Below are positions 1 through 8,471 of a stretch of DNA of 52,301 bases, in pieces (the first letter of the stretch is position 1; each line of letters opens with the position of its first letter). Origin of the DNA: Actinomycetota bacterium (GTDB taxonomy: Bacteria > Actinomycetota > Acidimicrobiia > Acidimicrobiales > Ilumatobacteraceae); contig JBJOOQ010000001.1 in NCBI GenBank assembly GCA_046051205.1, positions 1-52,301 of the forward strand. Reading direction: 5' to 3'. Below the pieces are notes generated by a model. It saw only the letters and a program-made list of their open reading frames with translations. It had not been told where the DNA came from and did not search any database. Both the position numbers and the translations under genes were made by a program.

Positions 1-597
1 TCCAGCTTTATTTCACCGTTGACCAACCTGTGAGCGGACAAATATGGTGGCTCCTTAGAGAATCGATTGCGCTTTCCGCTGGCCGTGTTTACAGCACTGC
101 GCAAAGTGTGGCCGCAAGACAAGCCAATGTCTGTCCGAATCTCTGCGCATGATTGGGTGGAAGGCGGCATTACGCCAGACGATGCCATCGACATTGCCAA
201 ACAATTCAAAGCGGCTGGCGTTGACTTTGTCGACTGCTCGTCTGGGCAAGTGGATAAGCGCGAAAAACCTGTGTATGGCCGCATGTTCCAAACGCCATTT
301 GCCGATCGCATTCGCAACGAAGCAGGTGTGCGCACCATTGCGGTAGGGGCAATTTCAGAAGCGGACCATGTGAACAGCATCATTGCAGCAGGTCGTGCTG
401 ACTTGTGTGCTGTGGCGCGACCCCACCTGGCCAATCCCTCTTGGACAATGCAAGAGGCGGCGCGCATTGGTTATACCGACTTGCACTGGCACAAAGCGTA
501 TGTGTCGGGCAAACGCCAAATGGAAAGCAACTTTGAACGTGCTGCTGCCATGGCTGCTGTGAGCGCTTCGCCAGCCGCTGCCAAAGGAGAAAATTGA
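1..597 (+). pseudogene. Old Yellow Enzyme-family NADH:flavin oxidoreductase, C-terminal part (salicylyl-CoA 5-hydroxylase / 2,4-dienoyl-CoA reductase-like). The 5' end lies outside the window and the frame is interrupted by an in-frame TGA at 31-33.
   Basis: Frame +1 reads [29 protein letters not shown]...MSVRISAHDW...CSSGQV...PVYGRMFQTPFADRIRNE. OYE TIM-barrel motifs continue on both sides of the stop. The ORF-track ORF 67-597 is only the downstream remnant. Confidence 0.55.
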
Positions 598-1391
598 TGA
601 GGCACGTTTGGATCACAGGTGCAGGACGTGGCATTGGTGCAGCCATTGCGCAGGCCTTTGCGCGTGAGGGGGCAGCACTGAGTTTGTCGGGGCGCCATCT
701 GCAAACCTTGGAAATGCAAGCGGCTGAATTGCGCAAAGCTTGTCCAGATGTTCGCTTGAACCTGAGTGTCATGGACGTGAGTGATGCCGACTCGGTGCTG
801 TCTGCCTATCAGTCCAATCTAAAGGCTTTAGGCCCTGTAACAGTATTGGTCAACAACGCAGGGCAAGCGCTCAGTCAGCCTTTTGCCAAAACAGATTTGC
901 AGCTTTGGCAACAGATGTTGAGTGTGAATTTAACCGGCACCTATTTATGCATTCAGGCGGCATTGCCCGATCTTTTGGCGCAAGGCGCAAAGGGACAAGC
1001 GGCACGAATCGTCAACATTGCCAGCACGGCCGGCTTGAAAGGCTATGCGTATGTGTCCGCCTACGCTGCTGCAAAGCATGGTGTCATTGGCTTAACACGA
1101 AGCTTGGCTTTGGAGCTGGCACGCAAAGGTGTGACTGTGAATGCGGTGTGTCCAGGTTGGGTAAAAACAGAAATGGACCATAAGGATCAAGCGGGTGGCA
1201 GCTACAGCGACGCCGACATTATGGAACATGTGCCAATGGGCAGGTTTGCCAAGCCAGACGACATCGCGCAGGCAATTGCATTTCTCTGCGATTCATCAAA
1301 ATCTGGATTCATCAATGGAGTCTCATTGCCGGTTGATGGTGGTTGGACGGCCGACGGTTCCTGGCAATCGCTACGTCTGAAGCACCGTTAG
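597..1391 (+). CDS. Short-chain dehydrogenase/reductase (SDR) family oxidoreductase
   Basis: Rossmann motif ITGAGRGIGAAIA, NNAG, and catalytic S...YAAAKHG. The ATG at 597 overlaps the upstream TGA (TGATG). Confidence 0.9.
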   Translation: MRHVWITGAGRGIGAAIAQAFAREGAALSLSGRHLQTLEMQAAELRKACPDVRLNLSVMDVSDADSVLSAYQSNLKALGPVTVLVNNAGQALSQPFAKTDLQLWQQMLSVNLTGTYLCIQAALPDLLAQGAKGQAARIVNIASTAGLKGYAYVSAYAAAKHGVIGLTRSLALELARKGVTVNAVCPGWVKTEMDHKDQAGGSYSDADIMEHVPMGRFAKPDDIAQAIAFLCDSSKSGFINGVSLPVDGGWTADGSWQSLRLKHR

Positions 1392-1421
1392 TACTAGGTT
1401 GTAGTTGTCAAAGGAGCCATA

Positions 1422-1523
1422 ATGGCAAACAAAGAACAGAATAAGAACAGCAACCAAAAAAAAGAAGCGAAGTTGACGCTTAAAGAAAAGCGCGCAAAGA
1501 AGGCAGAAAAGAAGAAGTCCTAG
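1422..1523 (+). CDS. Small lysine-rich basic protein (33 aa), unknown function
   Basis: ATG preceded by AAGGAG (1411-1416) at 5 nt spacing. Translation is MANKEQNKNSNQKKEAKLTLKEKRAKKAEKKKS. It falls below the ORF-track cutoff. Its stop overlaps the convergent methyltransferase stop within CTAG. Confidence 0.45.
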   Translation: MANKEQNKNSNQKKEAKLTLKEKRAKKAEKKKS

Positions 1524-2188
1524 TTCTTCTTAAAGATCACTACGCGAGCTTTGTCGCCAAAGTGCGCGCTGCCCTCGGCGTAGATGTCAACTTCTTCGTA
1601 CTTGGGTTTAGTAATCGTTTTGCTGTTAATTGCCTCGGTGATCGCAGAACCAAAGTCGTTGTCTTCCCAATGCTGCTTGTTCACACCAGCAACAATGGTT
1701 GCGCCAGAACGACAAACACAGATTGCATCAATTAGTTCGTATGCGCCTAAGTGGCCAATGGTGAATGCACCTGCGCTGACAAAAAAGTCGAAGTAGTTAT
1801 TTGCAAAGTAAATAGTCGACGTGAGGTCCGCTTCGTGCAGGTCTTCGTACAACTTGGAGCCATCAGCGCGAACTTTTGAGGCCGCTACTGCAAGCATCTC
1901 GGGTGAGATATCTACGCCCTCAATAACGCTGAGTGGCCGAATCTTTGCGATCTCTTCACCTACGGCGCCAGTTCCGCATCCAATGTCGATGACGGAGAAA
2001 GAACGATCAGCCGGCATGTGCTTGGCAAGAACTTCTGCGATTTTGGCGGGATAGACGTACTTTGTGTCTTCAATAAAAGTTTTGTCGTATGTGGGTGCCC
2101 ACTGGGAGTACAGCTCGCGGCTGTCCTCAGGGGTCATCAGGTTGTAAGCGTCAGCGAGGGTGATCTGTTTCTTCCGTTTTTCGGCCAC
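1520..2188 (-). CDS. Class I SAM-dependent methyltransferase
   Basis: 222 aa ORF with SAM-binding motif I VIDIGCGTGAVGEEI. Confidence 0.85.
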   Translation of the reverse strand: MAEKRKKQITLADAYNLMTPEDSRELYSQWAPTYDKTFIEDTKYVYPAKIAEVLAKHMPADRSFSVIDIGCGTGAVGEEIAKIRPLSVIEGVDISPEMLAVAASKVRADGSKLYEDLHEADLTSTIYFANNYFDFFVSAGAFTIGHLGAYELIDAICVCRSGATIVAGVNKQHWEDNDFGSAITEAINSKTITKPKYEEVDIYAEGSAHFGDKARVVIFKKN

Positions 2189-2234
2189 GCGATTATTGTA
2201 ACTGCAGTCGTTTCACGCGAGCCGGGGGGTCGTA

Positions 2235-3770
2235 ATGAAGGTGCCGTTAACGGTTGTTGATCACTTGCGCCGTGCTGAACAGGTGTACGGTCACCGCACT
2301 GCATTTATTGATGAGCCAGATCAACCTGCTGAGTCATGGGGAACACAAACATATGCAGAAATGGCACGACGGGCCCGCGCGCAAGCAGCCGCTCTGGACA
2401 AATTGGGAGTTCCGCAAGGCGCACGCGTTGCGATTGTCAGTCAGAACTCCGCGCGGCTCCTCACCAGCTTCTTTGGCATAAGCGCCTACGGACGAATCCT
2501 CACTCCGATTAACTTCCGATTGTCTGCTGAAGAAGTTGCATACATCGTTCATCACTGCGGCGCAGATGTGCTCATTGTTGATCCAGAACTGGAAGATTCG
2601 CTAAAGAATGTTTCCGCGAAACATCGATTCGTCATTGGAGCAGAGAGCGACGAGTTGTTATATGACTACTCATCAGAACCACAACCGTGGACACCTGACG
2701 AAGATGCAACAGCGACCATCAACTACACCAGCGGAACAACAGCCCGACCAAAGGGCGTTCAACTTACTCATCGCAACATATGGTTGAACTCGGCAACCTT
2801 TGGTTGGCATATGGGAGTGAATGATCGCGATGTGTACTTGCATACGTTGCCGCAGTTCCATTGCAACGGTTGGGGAATGGTGTACGCAGTAACTGCAATG
2901 GGTGGCACCCATGTGGTGATACGCAAAGTTGATGGAGCAGAAATTCTCCGACGTGTAGATAAGCACGGTGTCACTCTGCTGTGCGGTGCTCCAGCAGTGG
3001 CAAACGCCATTATTGATGCCTCCTCACAATTTGATTCCGGTGTTCCAGGAAAAGGAACAGTCCGTATGGTTGTCGCAGGAGCTCCACCGCCATCAAAGAC
3101 CATTGAACGAGTGGAGACAGAACTCGGATGGCAGTTCAACCAGCTGTACGGGCTTACCGAAACGTCTCCTGTGTTGACGCTCAATCGTCCTCGCTTTGAA
3201 ACGGACCACTTAACGTCCGCTGAGCGTTCAGTTGTGCTCAGTGCTGCAGGGTTTCCAACGATTGGAACCGAGATGGCAACGAGTGCTGACGGCGAAGTGT
3301 TGGCGCGCAGCAACACCGTGATGGACGGATACTGGAACCAGCCCGAGGAGACAGCGAAAGCGATCGTGAATGGCTTCTTTCATACCGGTGACGGCGGAAG
3401 TATTGGGGAAGGCCATGCGCTGACCATCAGTGACCGCAAGAAAGACGTCATTATTTCTGGTGGAGAGAATGTCAGTTCAATTGAAGTTGAAGATGCATTG
3501 TTTTCACATCCAGACGTAACCGAAGTCGCTGTTATTGGAATTCCCGATGACAAGTGGGGAGAACTAGTTCTGGCACTAGTAGTGATATCTCCAGGCTCGA
3601 CTCTTTCAGAGGATGAACTGATTTCGTATTGTCGTACCAAGATTGCTGCGTACAAATGCCCGAAGAAAGTAGAGTTTCGATCAGAGCTTGCACGCACAGC
3701 AACTGGAAAGTTGCAAAAGTTTAAACTCCGAGCCCCATATTGGGACGGCTACACAAAGCAGGTGAACTGA
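2235..3770 (+). CDS. Acyl-CoA synthetase (AMP-dependent synthetase/ligase, FadD-like)
   Basis: AMP-binding motifs YTSGTTARPKGV, YGLTET, FHTGD and C-terminal TATGKLQK. A G-rich SD precedes the ATG. Confidence 0.92.
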   Translation: MKVPLTVVDHLRRAEQVYGHRTAFIDEPDQPAESWGTQTYAEMARRARAQAAALDKLGVPQGARVAIVSQNSARLLTSFFGISAYGRILTPINFRLSAEEVAYIVHHCGADVLIVDPELEDSLKNVSAKHRFVIGAESDELLYDYSSEPQPWTPDEDATATINYTSGTTARPKGVQLTHRNIWLNSATFGWHMGVNDRDVYLHTLPQFHCNGWGMVYAVTAMGGTHVVIRKVDGAEILRRVDKHGVTLLCGAPAVANAIIDASSQFDSGVPGKGTVRMVVAGAPPPSKTIERVETELGWQFNQLYGLTETSPVLTLNRPRFETDHLTSAERSVVLSAAGFPTIGTEMATSADGEVLARSNTVMDGYWNQPEETAKAIVNGFFHTGDGGSIGEGHALTISDRKKDVIISGGENVSSIEVEDALFSHPDVTEVAVIGIPDDKWGELVLALVVISPGSTLSEDELISYCRTKIAAYKCPKKVEFRSELARTATGKLQKFKLRAPYWDGYTKQVN

Positions 3771-4645
3771 TGTTGAGTAAGCAGCAAATTGAAGTTGCAA
3801 TCGAACAGTTTCACGATGAGGGTTATGCGATTGTTCATAACTTCCTTCCTGAAGATGAACTGGCTGAATTGCAGAAGAAGGCGGCCGAGTTGCGTGAGAT
3901 TGCACTAGAGCATCCGGTTACGTATCGCCATGGAAACCTGACGTACGAAATCTTGCCTGAGGAGCACTTTGGGAAGCGGTTTGTCATTCAGGCGTATTGG
4001 TTCGCGTGGGCTGACGCATACTTTGACAAGTTCCGTAGCAACCCTCGGTACCTGCAGCTGCTTGAGCCATTGATTGGTAACAATGTCAAACAGGTGACGC
4101 AACAGATTCACTGGAAGCCACCAGGAGCTCGTCTAACCGGATACCGATTTCACCAGGATTTGCGATTCCGTGAAAGCCGCGAGTCTTATGAAGATGTCGT
4201 TCGAGACACCGTCACCATGGGCTTAGCTATAGACCGAGCAACACCGGAAAACGGTTGCCTCAAGATTGTTCCTCGCAGCCACACCATGGGCTACCTCGGC
4301 CTTTCTGACAATGGCGATGGCCAAATTATGAAGGGTCTCACGCAAGACGATGAATTGGTGCAGGTGGGCATAGATCCATCGCGAGTAATGGATGTAGTGC
4401 TTGAACCAGGAGACCTCGTTGTGTGGGGCCTGATGACCGTGCACGGTTCGTTGCCGAATGAGTCAATTCATGAGCGTGCCTTTGCAATTTCAAGTTATGT
4501 GCGGGGAGAAACCTCGCAACGCGGTGAGTGGACCTTTAAGGACGGAAAGCCACAGATGCTTGGAGAAACTCCACAGTTGTGCAAGAACGAAAAACTGTTC
4601 ACCAACCTTGAGCCTCATTACGATGCGACCAAGTGGTTCCTCTGA
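3770..4645 (+). CDS. Phytanoyl-CoA dioxygenase (PhyH) family Fe(II)/2-oxoglutarate dioxygenase
   Basis: HxD...H triad candidates (RFHQD, TVHGS) and PhyH-like length. The ATG at 3770 shares one nt with the fadD-like TGA (TGATG). The ORF-track start at 3740 lies inside the upstream gene. Confidence 0.8.
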   Translation: MLSKQQIEVAIEQFHDEGYAIVHNFLPEDELAELQKKAAELREIALEHPVTYRHGNLTYEILPEEHFGKRFVIQAYWFAWADAYFDKFRSNPRYLQLLEPLIGNNVKQVTQQIHWKPPGARLTGYRFHQDLRFRESRESYEDVVRDTVTMGLAIDRATPENGCLKIVPRSHTMGYLGLSDNGDGQIMKGLTQDDELVQVGIDPSRVMDVVLEPGDLVVWGLMTVHGSLPNESIHERAFAISSYVRGETSQRGEWTFKDGKPQMLGETPQLCKNEKLFTNLEPHYDATKWFL

Positions 4646-4659
4646 ACTAGCCTGCGCTC

Positions 4660-5436
4660 ATGATTTTAGATACGTTGATTAACTCAGTAGTTGTCATTGT
4701 TGTCAGCATGTTCCTGCTGTGGGTCCTCAGCGTGTTGAAAAAGAATGCATCGATAGTCGACATTTTTTGGGGTTTGGGTTTTGTCATTGTGGCGTGGGCG
4801 AGTGCGATCAATGCCGATCAAGTTTCCGTCCTAGGCAACGTGGTTCTGGCGCTGGTTTCGCTTTGGGGATTACGACTATCGATCTATCTGGGTATTCGTA
4901 ACCACGGTAAACCAGAGGATTTTCGCTATGTAGCGATGCGTAAGCATTACGGAACGCGTTTCCCGATCATCAGCTTGTTCACCGTGTTCATGTTGCAAGG
5001 CGCAATCATGATGGTGGTATCGCTGCCAGTGCAAATTGCTTTGTCCGATGCAAGTACTTCATTGTCGATTGTCAGTTATTTGGGCATTGGTTTATTTGCT
5101 CTAGGAATCTTCTTTGAAGCAGTCGGAGATTGGCAGCTTGCGCAATTCAAGCGCGATCCGCAGAATGCTGGCCAAGTGATGCAAACAGGTTTGTGGAAGT
5201 ACACACGACACCCGAATTATTTCGGTGATACCTGCGTGTGGTGGGGCATTGGCATTGTTGCACTCGGCGCAAGTTTTGGTTGGATCGGACTCTTTGGAAG
5301 TTTGTTAATGAACTTCTTCCTGGTTCGTGTTTCAGGGGTTCCGATGTTGGAGCGTTCGATGTCGAAGCGTCGTCCTGGTTACGACGAATACAAGCGACGT
5401 ACCAGCAGTTTCGTACCGCGTCCGCCGAAGAAGTAA
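4660..5436 (+). CDS. DUF1295 / steroid 5-alpha-reductase-like integral membrane protein
   Basis: Multi-TM 258 aa protein with the family-typical motif LWKYTRHPNYFGD. Confidence 0.8.
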   Translation: MILDTLINSVVVIVVSMFLLWVLSVLKKNASIVDIFWGLGFVIVAWASAINADQVSVLGNVVLALVSLWGLRLSIYLGIRNHGKPEDFRYVAMRKHYGTRFPIISLFTVFMLQGAIMMVVSLPVQIALSDASTSLSIVSYLGIGLFALGIFFEAVGDWQLAQFKRDPQNAGQVMQTGLWKYTRHPNYFGDTCVWWGIGIVALGASFGWIGLFGSLLMNFFLVRVSGVPMLERSMSKRRPGYDEYKRRTSSFVPRPPKK

Positions 5437-5439
5437 TAG

Positions 5440-7725
5440 CTAGCGCGGACTGCGGCCGCGAAGCTTTGCCCACTCGCCAAATTGGGTGAGTGAAGCAACT
5501 GTTGCGCCCATCGACTCCGATGCTACCGGATGACTAATGAGGTAGCCCTGTGCCTTTGCGCAACGCAATTCGGCTAGTGCTTGAAGCTGACGAACGCTTT
5601 CAACTCCTTCTGCAACCATGTCTAAACCAAGTGAATCGCCCATGGCGATGATGGTGCGCACGAGTGATCGCGCACTTAAGTCATCTGCAACGCCATTTAC
5701 AAAAGAGCGGTCAATCTTTAAGCGTTGAATCGGGAACTTTTGCAACAGTGAAAGTGATGAATATCCAGTTCCAAAATCGTCAATGGCCACACGAACACCA
5801 AGTGCGCATAATTTGTTCAATGCATCAAGTGCTTGCTCGGGTTGCGCGATCATCACGCCTTCGGTGATTTCAAGCCACAGCTGGTCCGGTGCGATATGTG
5901 AACGGAGAAGTGCCTCATGAACAACTGGAACAAAATTCGGGTCGTGCAATTGGCGTGGACTCACGTTTACCGACATTGTGGCTTCGCGACTGCATACGCC
6001 TTCGTTTATCCAGCCGCGCAAGTGTGTAAGTGCTTCGAGTAAGGCCCAAGCACCAATTGGAATGATGGTTCCTGTTTCTTCGGCAATTGGTATGAATTCT
6101 GCTGGCGAAATGATGCTGCCGTCGTCGCGTGTCCAACGCATAAGAGCCTCAAAGCCAACAACATCGCCAAGTTCAATGTCGACAATTGGTTGGTGAACCA
6201 AACGCAACTCGCGGCGCTCAAGTGCACGGTACAAAGCAGTTTCAACTGCCAGACGCTGTGTGACGCGTTCAAGCATTGACTCATCAAAGATTGCAACACA
6301 GTTTCGGCCAGCATCCTTCGCTCGATACATCGCAGTGTCTGCATGACGCAGAAGATCATCTGCACCGGAAGAAATGTGCTTTTGAAAAGTTGCTACTCCA
6401 ATGCTGGTCGACACGAACACGTCACCTTGACGGAGCGAAAGCGGCTCGTTGAAACTCTCCAGAATCTTGTCAGCAACGATCATCGCGTCACTTGCACCAC
6501 GTGTGCCTGGGTCCAAAATAACGAATTCGTCACCCGAAATTCGACCAACTACGCACCGGTCAGGAAGAGCGTTTTTCAGACGCTGTGCAACTGCAATCAG
6601 TACGTTGTCTCCCGCTTGATGCCCAAGCGAGTCGTTGATGTTCTTGAATCGATCAACGTCAATGAACAACACCGATGGGTGACGCTGATCTTGCTCGGCA
6701 AACTCGAGTGCAGCGTTGACGTGAGTAAGCATGAGGCTGCGGTTCGGTAAACCGGTGAGTGCATCGGTCTGGGCTGAATGGATGAGCGACCGCTGAGTCT
6801 TTGCGTTTGCTCGTACCGCGTGAATGACACGGGCGGTAACTGCAATGGAGAGCACGAAAACCGATATGGCGCGAACGATTCGGTCGGTCTGATCTGCTGC
6901 TTCGGTAAGTGCAAGAACAACTACGGGAATGGTGAGTGCTGCGGTAGTGGTGATTAGTCGGCCAAGTAATGGACGCTGGGTACGGGCCGCACCATGTTCA
7001 GTGATTGTTGAAATGCTGTTGTGCACGAAAGCGGCAGAGCAAAGAAATAAACAAAACACATATGAGGCGTTGATGTATTCAGTATCAATTTGGAATCGAC
7101 CTGAATCATTTGCTGCATACAAGAAATCTCCGACGAGTGTGAATGTGATGGCAAATGCAATAAGCCAAACCGAGGGAGTGCGAGCCGCGTCCCCAAACAA
7201 CAACGTTGCTAGCGAGAAGAGAACAATCGCACTGATGGCAAGAGTTGCTCCTTGAATTCCAGTGTTTAGAAGTACTGTCGTACTTTCGTTGAATGTTGGC
7301 TGAAGAAAAACAACCCAAATAAGAAACCAGGCACCAAGCGCAACAATGAGACCGTCGCCCAGAACGCTCATTGGATCATTGCCGATACGACGACGAATGA
7401 TGAGCAGCAGTCCGAGTGCCAAGGTCACTTGCACAAGTAAGAACAAGGACTCGGGAATTGCTTGCATATTCACATTGGTGAATTGGCCGTCAAAAAGCTG
7501 CGCAGTAGAAGAGGCCACCGCAATAACGAACAGGGCCGGCCATAACAGTTTGTCGGGTTTATTGAATTTTGCGGAGATAGCGAGAAACACCATTACCTGG
7601 ATAGTGGCAATGAGGTATACGGCATCGCTGAAGTTCTGAGAATCACTTGTTGCAACGGCAACCGACAGGGCTAAGCCAACGCCGGTTAAGCCCCAAGAAA
7701 GGCGTGAAATAGGCGCAGAATTCAC
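5440..7725 (-). CDS. Membrane-bound GGDEF/EAL protein (putative diguanylate cyclase/c-di-GMP phosphodiesterase) with a polytopic N-terminal domain
   Basis: About 300 aa of hydrophobic helices are followed by a GGDEF domain (LTGLPNR, RISGDEFVIL) and an EAL domain (FEALMRW, DDFGTGYSSL). GTG start. Confidence 0.9.
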   Translation of the reverse strand: MNSAPISRLSWGLTGVGLALSVAVATSDSQNFSDAVYLIATIQVMVFLAISAKFNKPDKLLWPALFVIAVASSTAQLFDGQFTNVNMQAIPESLFLLVQVTLALGLLLIIRRRIGNDPMSVLGDGLIVALGAWFLIWVVFLQPTFNESTTVLLNTGIQGATLAISAIVLFSLATLLFGDAARTPSVWLIAFAITFTLVGDFLYAANDSGRFQIDTEYINASYVFCLFLCSAAFVHNSISTITEHGAARTQRPLLGRLITTTAALTIPVVVLALTEAADQTDRIVRAISVFVLSIAVTARVIHAVRANAKTQRSLIHSAQTDALTGLPNRSLMLTHVNAALEFAEQDQRHPSVLFIDVDRFKNINDSLGHQAGDNVLIAVAQRLKNALPDRCVVGRISGDEFVILDPGTRGASDAMIVADKILESFNEPLSLRQGDVFVSTSIGVATFQKHISSGADDLLRHADTAMYRAKDAGRNCVAIFDESMLERVTQRLAVETALYRALERRELRLVHQPIVDIELGDVVGFEALMRWTRDDGSIISPAEFIPIAEETGTIIPIGAWALLEALTHLRGWINEGVCSREATMSVNVSPRQLHDPNFVPVVHEALLRSHIAPDQLWLEITEGVMIAQPEQALDALNKLCALGVRVAIDDFGTGYSSLSLLQKFPIQRLKIDRSFVNGVADDLSARSLVRTIIAMGDSLGLDMVAEGVESVRQLQALAELRCAKAQGYLISHPVASESMGATVASLTQFGEWAKLRGRSPR

Positions 7726-7832
7726 TTGGCAAACGGTACAGCATCCCTTTTCACCTACTGAGGATGGGGTATTTTGGTTGCAGGGCGGAGAACCCTAAAC
7801 CGCGATTGCGGTCTGTTTGGAGTTCCCCAAAA

Positions 7833-8441
7833 ATGTTCGTTACCCGCCACTCTCCAGTTACCGATTCGGTACTTAAGGACCAGTTGTGGACGCTGTACTC
7901 CCGCGCCTATGCGCGAACAGCCGAAGAAGCAGTCACACACGAAATGCTGGATCGCTTGGAGTTCAACGATCAGTTATCAGACACGACGAATCGTGCATGG
8001 GTGGTGTGGGAAGACAACATGCCAGTTGCAATGACCATGATTGCCACAGATGTTCGCCGCACTCGTTGGTTGAGCGAGCACTATTTCAAGAAGAATTACC
8101 CTCAGCAATTTGCCACTAACAAGGTGCATTACGTGGTTTGGGCGGTTGTCGACCCTTCGTATGTCACCAAGGGAGTCAGCATGTTCATGGCACGGCAGGC
8201 CATGGCGGTTGAAGCTCGCGAAGGATCGCTGTTGGTGTTTGACATGCCGGAGTCGAATCAGCCCAACGAATTGGGTGGGGCAGCCGAGTTGATGCATCGA
8301 ATGGCTCGACAAGTAGGCGGTGCTCGTTTGGTGCCTCTTACTGTTCAGAGGTACTACGCACTTGATTTCTCGCCATCACAGGTTGAGGTTCAGGAAGTCA
8401 AAGAACAAGCACCGAACTCGTTATCAGACTTAGTTCTTTAG
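7833..8441 (+). CDS. Hypothetical protein (202 aa), possibly GNAT-like fold
   Basis: Long ORF. The ATG at 7833 is preceded by GGAG (7820-7823) at about 9 nt. I recognise no diagnostic motif, so the GNAT idea is only an impression from the beta/alpha pattern. Confidence 0.6.
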   Translation: MFVTRHSPVTDSVLKDQLWTLYSRAYARTAEEAVTHEMLDRLEFNDQLSDTTNRAWVVWEDNMPVAMTMIATDVRRTRWLSEHYFKKNYPQQFATNKVHYVVWAVVDPSYVTKGVSMFMARQAMAVEAREGSLLVFDMPESNQPNELGGAAELMHRMARQVGGARLVPLTVQRYYALDFSPSQVEVQEVKEQAPNSLSDLVL

Positions 8442-8471
8442 TCAGTAAACCCCGCTAGATTTGGGGGCGAT

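Noticed and set aside
1-1523. Possible foreign origin or chimeric assembly of the first 1.5 kb (OYE/SDR pair reminiscent of betaproteobacterial or Streptomyces salicylyl-CoA hydroxylase loci; slightly higher GC impression)
   Set aside because: Codon habits (frequent TTG Leu, CAA Gln) look the same as in the rest of the window. I cannot compute composition statistics by eye, and no junction feature is visible.
7726-7832. Fragments resembling the c-di-GMP-I (GEMM-I) riboswitch (GGCAAAC at 7728-7734; CCTAAACC at 7794-7801), next to a GGDEF-EAL gene
   Set aside because: Only short word matches are present. I cannot build the P1 (GNRA tetraloop) and P2 (receptor) helices or find the ACGCAAAGC junction. 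The local hairpins are 4-5 bp only. A covariance-model scan (Rfam RF01051) would settle it.
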